DNA of 34,924 bases from positions 1-34,924 of the forward strand of contig JAGREA010000394.1 in assembly GCA_020446745.1 (NCBI GenBank), in the 5' to 3' direction. The notes below the pieces were generated by a model, which was not told where the DNA came from, searched no databases, and saw nothing but the letters and a program-made list of their open reading frames with translations. Of this stretch, positions 8,030-16,598 are shown one piece after another. How positions within the stretch are numbered: position 1 is the first letter of the stretch; the number at the start of each line of letters is the position of its first letter. A program made the position numbers and the translations under genes. This DNA comes from Rhodobacterales bacterium (GTDB lineage: Bacteria > Pseudomonadota > Alphaproteobacteria > Rhodospirillales > JACKKN01).

Positions 8030-11000
8030 CTACCTGGGAAGCGTCAGGACGAAGCGGCTGCCTTCGCCCGTTTTGCTTGTCACGGTGATGTCGCCGCTAT
8101 GCATGGCCGCCAGGCGCCTGGACAGGTAGAGGCCGATTCCGCTGCCCGGCGACCCGGCCGAGGTGGAGGCCCGGAAAAACCGGGTGAACACGCGCGACAG
8201 TTCGTTTTCGGGAATGCCCCGGCCGTGGTCCCGCACGGCCACGTGGACCCGTTCGTCGTCCGCCGTGACCGACACCAGGATCTCGGTTTCCGGTGCCGAA
8301 TACTTGATGGCGTTGGACAGCAGGTTGGACAGGATGATGGCCAGCAGCCGGCTGTCGCCCAGCAGGGGCACGGGATCGTCGGGCACCGCCAGGGTGATGC
8401 GCCGGCCGGGCGTGACCAGCAGGTGCGTGTTGCAGGTTTCCCGCACCACGGCCGTCATGTCCACGGTCCGCGGCTCGAACTTGATCTTGCCGGCGTCCAG
8501 CCGCGACAGGCTGAGCACGCTTTCCATCAGCTCGCTCAGGTGCTTGACCATTTGGCGCACCTCGCCCATGCGGGCCAGCACGTCGTCGCGCGCGAACCGG
8601 TCGGGCCGGCGCAGGATGCGCTGGGCGCTGCTGTCGATCACCGCCAGGGGGGTGCGGAATTCGTGGGACACCAGGGCGATGAATTCCCGCTGCAGCTCGT
8701 TGATGGTGCGTTCGTTCTGCAGCGCCTGTTCCACCTCGGTGCGCTCGGTGATGTCCTCGCCGTGGGACACGAAGTGGGTGATATGCCCGTCGGCGTCCTG
8801 GATGGGCGACACGCTGACCAGTTCCCAATAGGCCCGCCCGCGGGCATCGGTGTTGCGGAAGGTGCCTTTCCACACCCGGCCGGCCCGCAGGGTGGCCCAC
8901 ATCTTGTCGAAGGTGCCCGGATCGGTGTCCCACCGCAGGACCGAGCGGACATCGCGGCCCACCAGGTCGGCGGCGGCGCGCCCCGTCAGGCGCTCGAAGG
9001 CCGGGTTGGCGTATTCCACCCGCAGGTCCGTGTTGAACACCAGGATCAGCGCGGCGCTCTGCTCCAGGGCCGCCGACAGGGTGCGGACGCGCTCGATGGC
9101 CCGCCGGGTCTTCCGTTCGGCCCGCAGGCGGCCCATCATCCGCCACAGGTAGCTGGCGATCACCGACAGCGAGCGGCCGTCCTCGGGCTCGTACAGGCCC
9201 CGCTTGTTGGCCACGCCCAGGAAGGCCCGCACCCGGCCCTTTTCCACCACCGGCACCGACATCCACCGGTCCACCGCCGCCCGGCCACACAGGGGGTGGT
9301 CCGTCGGCCCGGCTCCCGGCCCGTCGTTGAGGATCACCACCTGCCCTTGGGACACGGCCGACAGCCAGGGGGCGGCGCCCTCCACCGGCCACGGCCCGCC
9401 CTCGTCGGCCAGGTCGGGGCAGGATTCGCGGCAGCGGGCCGACAGGGTGGAGCGCCGCACGGTGGTGCCGTCTTCGGACACCACGTACAGGGCCGACAGG
9501 GTGCTGCCCGAAATGGTCTCGCACCAGGCCAGGGCGCGTTCCAGGGTGGCCGCCTCGTCGCCCGTGCCGACCTGTTCGGCGATGTCCCGCAGGGCCCGGG
9601 TGCTGTTGAAGGCCGTTTCCTTTTCCGTCACGTCCTGCACCGTGCCCAGCACGCGCTCGGGCTTGCCCCCGGCGCCGGTGATCACCTCGCCACGCACCTG
9701 GATCCGGCGTTCCAGGCCGTCACCGCGAATGATGCGGCTGTCGAAGGCGAACCGGTCGCCGCCAGCGGCGGCCTGACGGATGCGGGCGTCCACGGCCGGG
9801 CGTTCGTCGGGATGGGCGAAGGTCAGGATCTCTTCCAGGGTGTGGCCCAGGTCGGCGGGCGGAATACCCAGGATGCGGGGGACCTCCGCCGACCAGATGA
9901 TGTTGCCCGTCTGCAGGTTCCAGTCCAGGTTGCCGAACCGGGCGATGCGCTCGGCCATGGCCAGGCGGTCCTGCATGCCCTGGCGGGCCAGTTCCACTTC
10001 CTTGCGGTGGGTCACGTCGACGCGGAACCCGGACATGCGGCGGGCCCGGCCCCGGCTGTCCCGTTCCACCACCTTGCCCCGATCGATGACCCAGATCCAA
10101 TGGCCGGCCCCGTGGCGCACCCGCATTTCGCACTGGAACGACGCGGTTTCGCCCCACAGGTGGGCCCGCACGTCCGTTCGGACCCGTTCCAGGTCGTCGG
10201 GGTGGATCAGATTCACCAGGGTGGCCAGGGTGGCCGGCCGCAGGTCGTCGCCTTTGGCGCCGACGATTTCGGCCCACCGGTCGTTGATGGTCAGGGCCCC
10301 GGTGCGCAGGTCCCATTCCCACATGCCGGCGCCGGCGCCGGAAATGATGTCCTGGGCCCGGCGCTCGCTTTCCTCCAGGGCGGCCAGGGTGCGTTCCCGC
10401 TGCAGGGTCTGCCACAGGTTGTGGGCGAACAGGTGGGCGGTGGTCTGGTCGATCTCGTCATAGGGTCGATGCTTGTCGGCCACGCACAGGGTCAGCGACG
10501 GGCCGTTGTCACCGCCCACGGCGGCGTCGATGGACCGCGCCACGCCGGCATCCCCCTCGACCCCCGTGCCCAGGTCCGTGAAGGGGTTCGCGTGACCGTC
10601 CAATGGCACGTCGCGGGCCAGTTCCCGGTCATCCTGCAAGGTGACCTGGCGCCAGCCGTCGCGGGACGGACTGATGGCCCGGACCCAGCCCCGTTCGCTG
10701 CCCGTCAGGTCCATCACGGCGCGCAGCCAGGCCACCATGGTCTGGCGTTCGGTCATCTCCGTGGCGGCGTTCTGCAGCGATACCAGGACGGCCGTGCGCC
10801 GGGATTCCCGCCGCTCCTGGTCCTCCAGGCGGCGCTGGCGGGTGACATCCACGCCGGCACAGAAGGTCCCCAGGACCCGGCGGTCCAGGCCGCGCACCAC
10901 CGTATTGCGCCAGGCCACGGTCAGCCGCCCGCCGTCGCGGGTGACGACCTCGTTCTCGAACGGGTCCAGCAGGTCGGAATCCCGGTCGATCAGGTCCTGC

Positions 11001-11356
11001 TGATAGCGCTTCAGATCGCGTCGCACGTCCGTCGGCAGGCAGGTGTCGAACCAGTTCCGGCCCACCAGATCGTCCGGTTCGTATCCCAGCAGCTGGGCTC
11101 CGGCCCGGTTGATGCTGCGGACGTCCCCCTCGGTGTCCAGGACCAGCAGGCACACATCCAGGGCATCGACGAATGCCGGCAGGGCGTCAATGCCGGCGGC
11201 CCGCCAGTCGGCGTCTCCGGCCGGCGCGGGCGAGGCCGGAATACGACCGCCGACGGGCTCGGGCGCCAGGGCGGTCAGGCCAGACGCAACGGTTTCCCGT
11301 CGCCTGCCCTGGCCGGCCACGCGCCGAGACCGAGTCCCGATTGGTTTTGCGCCCAT
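8030..11356 (-). CDS. Soluble multi-domain sensor histidine kinase (about four PAS and two GAF-like modules, HisKA, HATPase_c)
   Basis: 1108 aa with no obvious TM segment. Repeated PAS-like blocks are present (e.g. LVLDTEGDVRSINRAGAQLLGY, GMWEWDLRTGALTINDRW, LILVFNTDLRVEYANPAFERLTG). H-box LVSHEFRTPLAVI. N, G1 and G2 boxes: SNLLSNAIKYS, RDHGRGIP, GSGIGLYLS. GGAG lies about 11 nt upstream of ATG 11356. Confidence 0.9.
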   Translation of the reverse strand: MGAKPIGTRSRRVAGQGRRRETVASGLTALAPEPVGGRIPASPAPAGDADWRAAGIDALPAFVDALDVCLLVLDTEGDVRSINRAGAQLLGYEPDDLVGRNWFDTCLPTDVRRDLKRYQQDLIDRDSDLLDPFENEVVTRDGGRLTVAWRNTVVRGLDRRVLGTFCAGVDVTRQRRLEDQERRESRRTAVLVSLQNAATEMTERQTMVAWLRAVMDLTGSERGWVRAISPSRDGWRQVTLQDDRELARDVPLDGHANPFTDLGTGVEGDAGVARSIDAAVGGDNGPSLTLCVADKHRPYDEIDQTTAHLFAHNLWQTLQRERTLAALEESERRAQDIISGAGAGMWEWDLRTGALTINDRWAEIVGAKGDDLRPATLATLVNLIHPDDLERVRTDVRAHLWGETASFQCEMRVRHGAGHWIWVIDRGKVVERDSRGRARRMSGFRVDVTHRKEVELARQGMQDRLAMAERIARFGNLDWNLQTGNIIWSAEVPRILGIPPADLGHTLEEILTFAHPDERPAVDARIRQAAAGGDRFAFDSRIIRGDGLERRIQVRGEVITGAGGKPERVLGTVQDVTEKETAFNSTRALRDIAEQVGTGDEAATLERALAWCETISGSTLSALYVVSEDGTTVRRSTLSARCRESCPDLADEGGPWPVEGAAPWLSAVSQGQVVILNDGPGAGPTDHPLCGRAAVDRWMSVPVVEKGRVRAFLGVANKRGLYEPEDGRSLSVIASYLWRMMGRLRAERKTRRAIERVRTLSAALEQSAALILVFNTDLRVEYANPAFERLTGRAAADLVGRDVRSVLRWDTDPGTFDKMWATLRAGRVWKGTFRNTDARGRAYWELVSVSPIQDADGHITHFVSHGEDITERTEVEQALQNERTINELQREFIALVSHEFRTPLAVIDSSAQRILRRPDRFARDDVLARMGEVRQMVKHLSELMESVLSLSRLDAGKIKFEPRTVDMTAVVRETCNTHLLVTPGRRITLAVPDDPVPLLGDSRLLAIILSNLLSNAIKYSAPETEILVSVTADDERVHVAVRDHGRGIPENELSRVFTRFFRASTSAGSPGSGIGLYLSRRLAAMHSGDITVTSKTGEGSRFVLTLPR

Positions 11357-11642
11357 GCCCTAAGGCTCCAGGTTCAAACCAAACCTCGATCTCCCCCGCA
11401 ACGTCGGATAGTCACGTCCCCAGGTTGCAGGACCGGGCCCAGGGAATTGTTCCCGTTGTGGGCCGGTCCGCCGGCCCGTGGACCCGTCCGGTCATTCATG
11501 CACCGGACCCGCAAGGGTTTCGCCAAATAGGCGTCGGCCCCAAAGGTCCGCGCCAGCCGAAAACCCAACCATAACTATCTCATATGTATCCATATCATTC
11601 AATGTTGGGCCACCGGCAGGATCACCGGGCTGACCCTGAATT

Positions 11643-11695
11643 CGGCCCCGTGTCGCGCCGAAAACGGCCCCTGGCACGGGGTCGACACGGCGCCG
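11643..11695 (-). terminator. GC-rich branched hairpin about 50 nt downstream of the citrate-synthase-like gene; possible terminator or structured element, no U-tract
   Basis: Outer stem CGGC-c-CCGTGTCG (11643-11655) pairs with CGACACGG-c-GCCG (11683-11695). An inner hairpin GCCG-AAAA-CGGC sits at 11657-11668. No T/U run follows on the minus strand, so the terminator function is uncertain. Confidence 0.3.
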
Positions 11696-11745
11696 GGCTT
11701 TCCCGTTTTGCAGGAAATACGCCACCGGAGCGGCGAATCGGTCCG

Positions 11746-12585
11746 TCAGTCCCCGGGACCGGGCACGGGGCGGGGCGGCGGGCCGTCGTAGGTCCAGGTA
11801 TGGCGGCGCGGGATGGGGCCCTTGTTGCGGCCGCCCTGCTGGCTCTGCTCCCAGGCGTAGGCCAGGATGCCCACCGACCGCGACAGGCAGAACAGCCCCC
11901 GGGCCAGGGGTGCCGGGAAGCCCAGCTCGGCATAGATCACCGCCGTGGCGCCATCGATGTTCATGGGGATGACGCGGCCCTTGCGCCGTGCCAGGTCCGC
12001 CTCGACGCCTCGGCGGATGGCGGCGAAGCGCCCCGACACGGCGCCCTTGGCGGCGGCTTCGTCCACCATCTCCAGCAGGCGCGGTGCCCGGGGGTCCACG
12101 GGGTGGAAGCGGTGGCCGAAGCCGGGCAGGAACTTGCCCCGGGTGGCCATGAAGTCGTCGATCTCGGCGGCCACGGCGGCTTCCAGGTCGGCGCCCCCGT
12201 CCTGGCGGGCGGCGATGGCGCCGTAAAGCTCCACCGCCTGCTCGCCGGCCCCGCCGTGCACGTCGCCCAGCACGTTGACGGCCGAGGCCATGGCGTTGTT
12301 CAGGTCCACGCCGCAGGTGACGGCCATGCGAGCGATGGCGATGGAGGGCGCCTGGGGCCCGTGGTCCACGGCCGACATCAGGGCCGTGTCCAGCAGCGCC
12401 GCCTGGTCGGCCGAGGGCAGTTCGCCCCGGGTCATCAGCCAGATCATCTGGGCGAAGGTGACGTTGCCGATCAGGTCTTCGATGGCATAGCCGCGATAGC
12501 GGATCACCCCCGGTTCCATCTCGATGATCCCGGTGCGCCACCAGTCCCGGGCTTCCCGCCCGGCATCCACCTCGGATTCGCTCAT
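11746..12585 (-). CDS. Short citrate-synthase-family protein (citryl-CoA lyase-like, 279 aa)
   Basis: Internal ATG 12585 forms an ATGA overlap with the upstream gene's stop. Citrate-synthase catalytic-region motifs are present: LGDVHGGAGEQ, LPGFGHRFHPVDPRAPRL, IPMNIDGATAVIY. It lacks the N-terminal part of full-length citrate synthases. The remaining upstream portion of the 418-aa track ORF is out-of-gene read-through. Confidence 0.8.
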   Translation of the reverse strand: MSESEVDAGREARDWWRTGIIEMEPGVIRYRGYAIEDLIGNVTFAQMIWLMTRGELPSADQAALLDTALMSAVDHGPQAPSIAIARMAVTCGVDLNNAMASAVNVLGDVHGGAGEQAVELYGAIAARQDGGADLEAAVAAEIDDFMATRGKFLPGFGHRFHPVDPRAPRLLEMVDEAAAKGAVSGRFAAIRRGVEADLARRKGRVIPMNIDGATAVIYAELGFPAPLARGLFCLSRSVGILAYAWEQSQQGGRNKGPIPRRHTWTYDGPPPRPVPGPGD

Positions 12586-13784
12586 AGGGCCCCCTCCGCT
12601 TTCAGGTCTTCGATCTCGCCGGGCGTGAACCCGGCCTCGGCCAGGATCTCGTCGGTATGGGCGCCCAGTTCCGGCGGCGGGCGGTCCGTTTCCGGGGCCG
12701 CGCCGTCCAGCTTGAAGCCCGGCCGGGCCAGGCGCACGTCGCGGCCCACGCCGGGCACGTCGGTGAAGGTGCCAATCAGCCCCCGGTCGGCGATCTGGGG
12801 ATGGGCCAGGGCCTCGGGCACGGTCAGTACCCGGCCGGCCGGCACCCCGGCGGCGTTCAATTCGCGGCGCCACTCGGCGGCGCCCCTGGCGGCCAGGGCC
12901 TCCTCCAGCACCGCCGTCAGGGCGGCCCGGTTGTCCAGGCGGGCCTGGCGCTGGGCGAAGCGGGGATCGTCGATCAACTCCGGCCGGCCGATGACCCGGC
13001 ACACGGCCTCGAACTGCTCCTGCTTGTTGGCGGCGATGTTGATGGGCCCGTCGCCGGTGCGGAAGGTGCCCGACGGGCTGGCCGTGAAGTTGGCGTTGCC
13101 CATGGGTACCGGCGCCTTGCCGGCCACCAGGTAGTTGGACACCACCCAGCCCATGGTGGCGATCACCGATTCCAGCATGGACACGTCGATGAAGCAGCCC
13201 CCCTGCCCGTCCCCGCCGCGGTTGGCCAGGGCCGAGGCCACGGCGAAGGCCGCCGTCATGCCGCCGATGGTGTCGGCCACCGGATAGCCCACCCGCAGGG
13301 GCGCCGTGTCGGCGTCGCCGGTGATGGCCATGACCCCCGACATGCCCTGGACGATCTGGTCATAGGCCGGCAGGTCGCGCAGCGGCCCGTCCTGGCCGAA
13401 GCCCGAAATGGCGCAATAGATCAGGCCCGGGTTCTCTTCCTTCAGGATCTCGTAGCCCAGGCCCAGGCGGTCCATGACCCCGGGCCGGAAGTTTTCCACC
13501 ACCACGTCGGCGCCGCGCACCAGGCGCCGGAACACGGCCTTGCCCTTGGCGTGCTTCAGGTTGACGGTGACGGACCGCTTGCCGCTGTTCTGGGCCAGGA
13601 ACGACACCCCCATGAGGGCCCGGTTCAGGTCCGGGTCGGCGCCCAGCTGGCGGGCCAGGTCGCCGCTGCCCGGCACCTCCACCTTCACCACGTCGGCGCC
13701 CATGTGGGCCAGTTGGTGGCAGCAGAAGGGACCGGCCAGGACGTTGGTCAGGTCCAGGACGCGCACGCCCGCGAGTGGTTTCAT
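12582..13784 (-). CDS. Type III (CaiB/BaiF family) acyl-CoA transferase, 400 aa
   Basis: MKPLAGVRVLDLTNVLAGPFCCHQLAHMGADVVKVE, ENFRPGVMDRLGLGY, GYPVADTIGGM and GAHTDEIL are typical of family III CoA-transferases. Start ATG 13784 overlaps the LysR stop (ATGA). Confidence 0.88.
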   Translation of the reverse strand: MKPLAGVRVLDLTNVLAGPFCCHQLAHMGADVVKVEVPGSGDLARQLGADPDLNRALMGVSFLAQNSGKRSVTVNLKHAKGKAVFRRLVRGADVVVENFRPGVMDRLGLGYEILKEENPGLIYCAISGFGQDGPLRDLPAYDQIVQGMSGVMAITGDADTAPLRVGYPVADTIGGMTAAFAVASALANRGGDGQGGCFIDVSMLESVIATMGWVVSNYLVAGKAPVPMGNANFTASPSGTFRTGDGPINIAANKQEQFEAVCRVIGRPELIDDPRFAQRQARLDNRAALTAVLEEALAARGAAEWRRELNAAGVPAGRVLTVPEALAHPQIADRGLIGTFTDVPGVGRDVRLARPGFKLDGAAPETDRPPPELGAHTDEILAEAGFTPGEIEDLKAEGAL

Positions 13785-14725
13785 GGAGCGGTTCCTTGCA
13801 GGGGGGTCGAGGGAGTACGGGCGGTGAAGGGGTTGTCCAGGGAGCCGTCGGCGGCCCGCGCCATCAACAGGGATTCGAAGCTGTCCACCAGCCGCGACTT
13901 GGGGCGCAGGCGCGGCCGGATGGTCCAGATGGTGATCTGCAGGCCCGTTTCCAGGGGGCGGAACACCACCCCCTCGCGCCGGTGCTGGGTGGCCGAAACG
14001 TGGCTTACCAGGGCCAGGCCCAGGCCCCGGGACACCAGGTTCAGGGCCACGTCGGGCAACGAGCATTCGCAGCGGTCGCGGGGTTCCACGCCATAGTGGG
14101 CGAAGTAGTCGGCGATGCGCTCCCGGGAATGGTCCAGGCTGCTGGTGGTGATGAAGTTCTGCTGGTGGTAGTCGACCACCCGGATCGTCTCGCGGGCCGC
14201 CAGGGGGTGGCTGGCCGGCACGGCGGCCACCATGTCCAGGTCCGCCAGCTTGCGGCATTCCACCAGGGGGTCGTCCATGGTCAGCATGCCCACGGCCAGG
14301 TCGATCTGCCGTTCGGCCACCAGCTCGATGAGCTTGCGCGAGCTGCGGGTGTGCAGGCTGGTGTAGACCTCGGGATACTTCTCCATGAAGTCCGCCAGCA
14401 CGGTGGGCAGCCAGCGCCACGACAGCAGCGGCAGGGCGCCGAGCGTGAGGCTGCCGTGGTGCATATCGCGGATGCGCCGGGTCAGGGAATCGAACCGGCG
14501 CATGCTGACCAGGGTGGTTTCCGCCTGCTCGGCGATCAGCCGCCCCTCGGCCGTGGCGTGCAGGCGCCCGTTGATGCGCTCGAACAACTGGAAGCCGAAC
14601 CGCTCCTCGATCTTCTTCAGCATCTTCGAGGCGTTGGGCTGGGTCATGTGCAGGGCCCGGGCGGCGTCGGACACCGACCCATAGCTGATCACATGGTTCA
14701 AAAGCTCAAGTTCCTTGCGCTTCAT
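13781..14725 (-). CDS. LysR-family transcriptional regulator
   Basis: N-terminal wHTH: LELLNHVISYGSVSDAARALHMTQPNASKMLKKIEERFGFQLFER. About 310 aa. Divergent from the ABC/oxidase operon and co-directional with the CoA-transferase, overlapping it. Confidence 0.9.
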   Translation of the reverse strand: MKRKELELLNHVISYGSVSDAARALHMTQPNASKMLKKIEERFGFQLFERINGRLHATAEGRLIAEQAETTLVSMRRFDSLTRRIRDMHHGSLTLGALPLLSWRWLPTVLADFMEKYPEVYTSLHTRSSRKLIELVAERQIDLAVGMLTMDDPLVECRKLADLDMVAAVPASHPLAARETIRVVDYHQQNFITTSSLDHSRERIADYFAHYGVEPRDRCECSLPDVALNLVSRGLGLALVSHVSATQHRREGVVFRPLETGLQITIWTIRPRLRPKSRLVDSFESLLMARAADGSLDNPFTARTPSTPLQGTAP

Positions 14726-14754
14726 GGCTCATAACCAAACGGCATGATTCAATG

Positions 14755-14768
14755 TAATAACGCCATTA
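14755..14768. promoter_or_regulatory. Candidate LysR-type dyad TAAT-N6-ATTA in the divergent promoter region
   Basis: TAATAACGCCATTA read directly, in the 146-nt AT-enriched spacer between the LysR start (14725) and the SBP start (14872). Dyad spacing is one nt longer than the classical T-N11-A. Confidence 0.25.
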
Positions 14769-14871
14769 GCAGAATATGCGCGAGTTGGCTATCGTGTTCA
14801 AAGTGCGGACAACTCAACACCGCTTTTCCAACACCAAGGTTGCCGCGCGTCCATCCCTGGGGAGGTTATTC

Positions 14872-16509
14872 ATGATCAAGCACAAAGCTCTTGGCCGTCG
14901 CGCGTTCCTGCAGCAGTCGGCCGCCGTCGGGGCCCTGGCCGCCGCCGGTTCCTTCGCCGCCGGGCCGGCCCGCGCCGCCGGCAAGCCCGTCGAGTCCATG
15001 TCGATTCTGACGGCCAACGCCAGCTTCGACCCGGTGCGCCCGGAAATGGGCCGCCTGATCGCCCGCGCCGCCAAGGGCATCGGCTGGGACGTCAAGCTGG
15101 CCGCCGAGGACTACAACATGGGCATCGGCAAGGTGTTCAAGGAGCAGGACTTTGACATGTTCATCGTCCGCTGGACCGGCCGCGCCAACCGCATCGACCC
15201 GGAAACCTTCATCAGCATGATGCACCAGAAGGACGGGGCCTATAACAAGTGGGGCTACGACAACCCGAAGATCAACGAACTGGCCGAGGCCCAGCAGGTG
15301 GAGATGGTGGCCGAGAAGCGCCAGGCCCTGGTCAAGGAAGCCCAGCAGGTGATCTTCGACGACACGGCCCGCAGCCCCATCGTCTATCCCAGCATGACCA
15401 ACGCCTACCGCGAGGACCGGCTGGACGGCCTGGTGCCCATGCTGGGCGAGGGCATCGGCAGCTTCTGGTCGGACATCAACGTCAGCGTCAAGAAGGGCGA
15501 CGGCTACGTGCGCACGGGCCAGACCTCGGCGCTGAAGAACCTGAACCCGGTCTCCGCCACGGACTCCAACGAGTTCAAGGAACTGCGGATGATCTACGAC
15601 CGCCTGGTGCAGGTGGCGCCCGACGGCTCGGTCAAGCCCTGGGCCGCCAAGTCCATCACCATCGTCGATCCCACCACGGTGGACATCGTGCTGCGCGAGG
15701 GCATGAAGTTCCACGACGGCATGCCGGTGACCATCGAGGACGTGAAGTTCACCTTCGAGTATCACAAGAAGTGGAAGGCGCCGTTCTTCATCAACTCGCT
15801 GGAAAAGTTCGAGTCCGTGGAGGTGACGGGCGCCAACACCCTGCGCATCAAGCTGTCGGCGCCCCACGCGCCGCTGATGATCAACTTCTTCTGCTCCATC
15901 TTCCTGCTGCCCAAGCACATCTGGCAGGACATTCCCGACAAGGCCAAGGTGGACGACGTGCTGAACTTCGCCAACGAAAAGCCCGTTGGCAGCGGCCCGT
16001 TCAAGTTCGACTACTGGGACCGGGGCAAGGAACTGAAGGTGAGCGCCAACCCCGACCACTTCAGCGCGCCCAAGTGCGCCGGCATCATCCGCATCACCTA
16101 TGGCAGCCACGACGCCATGGCGGCGGCCATCGAGGCCGGCGAGTGCGACCGCACCCGCTATATCCTGAAGCCGGCCCTGGTGCAGGACCTGGACAAGCTG
16201 CCGGGCGTGGTGGGCAAGGGCTATCCCAGCCACGGGTTCTATGACCTGAGCTACAACCACCGCCGCGGCCCGCTGGCCGATCGGGCCTTCCGCATGGCCA
16301 TGGACCTGGTGATCCCCCGCGACGTGATCCGCCAGGTGGTCATGTCGGGCTTCGCCGAGAACGGCGGGTCGGTGATCGCCCCGGCCAACAAGTTCTGGCA
16401 CAACGACGCCGTGGCCTCGCGACGCACCAACGTGAAGAAGGCGCGCGAGATCCTGGCCGCCGCCGGCTACACGTGGGACGGCGACGGCAAGATCCACTAC
16501 CCCGGCTAG
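14872..16509 (+). CDS. ABC transporter substrate-binding protein, family 5 (peptide/opine/nickel type), Tat-type signal peptide
   Basis: GGGGAGG lies 7 nt upstream of ATG 14872. The N-terminus MIKHKALGRRAFLQQSAAVGALAAAGSFAAGPARA is a twin-arginine signal. About 545 aa of Dpp/Opp-like SBP sequence. I rejected the upstream ATG 14776 of the track. Confidence 0.85.
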   Translation: MIKHKALGRRAFLQQSAAVGALAAAGSFAAGPARAAGKPVESMSILTANASFDPVRPEMGRLIARAAKGIGWDVKLAAEDYNMGIGKVFKEQDFDMFIVRWTGRANRIDPETFISMMHQKDGAYNKWGYDNPKINELAEAQQVEMVAEKRQALVKEAQQVIFDDTARSPIVYPSMTNAYREDRLDGLVPMLGEGIGSFWSDINVSVKKGDGYVRTGQTSALKNLNPVSATDSNEFKELRMIYDRLVQVAPDGSVKPWAAKSITIVDPTTVDIVLREGMKFHDGMPVTIEDVKFTFEYHKKWKAPFFINSLEKFESVEVTGANTLRIKLSAPHAPLMINFFCSIFLLPKHIWQDIPDKAKVDDVLNFANEKPVGSGPFKFDYWDRGKELKVSANPDHFSAPKCAGIIRITYGSHDAMAAAIEAGECDRTRYILKPALVQDLDKLPGVVGKGYPSHGFYDLSYNHRRGPLADRAFRMAMDLVIPRDVIRQVVMSGFAENGGSVIAPANKFWHNDAVASRRTNVKKAREILAAAGYTWDGDGKIHYPG

Positions 16510-16598
16510 CGCCGCCGCGCCGCAAACCCGAGACCGTCCGGCGGTGGCCCCGCCCCGCCGGACGGCCCGCACCGCCCCCCTTCAGGCTGGTATCCGCC

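Noticed and set aside
8099-11530. 1143-aa plus-strand ORF antisense to the PAS/GAF histidine kinase
   Set aside because: Same reasoning: biased low-complexity composition and no domain motifs. The opposite strand encodes an unmistakable kinase.
11374-11568. 64-aa minus-strand ORF containing FGADAYLAKPL, reminiscent of the end of a receiver domain; possible response-regulator relic
   Set aside because: An in-frame stop lies 2 codons upstream, and no other REC motifs (DD pair, phospho-acceptor D, T/S) appear in any frame of the spacer. A single short motif in GC-rich DNA is insufficient. It is recorded only as a possible gene remnant within the kinase leader.
11357-11600. c-di-GMP riboswitch in the leader of the kinase / HD-GYP operon
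   Set aside because: It is attractive by context, but I could not align the leader to the GEMM-I or GEMM-II conserved cores by eye. It needs an Infernal/Rfam scan before any claim.
14776-14871. Upstream start (ATG 14776) for the substrate-binding protein
   Set aside because: It lies in the AT-enriched divergent promoter region. ATG 14872 has a GGGGAGG Shine-Dalgarno and begins directly with a twin-arginine signal peptide.
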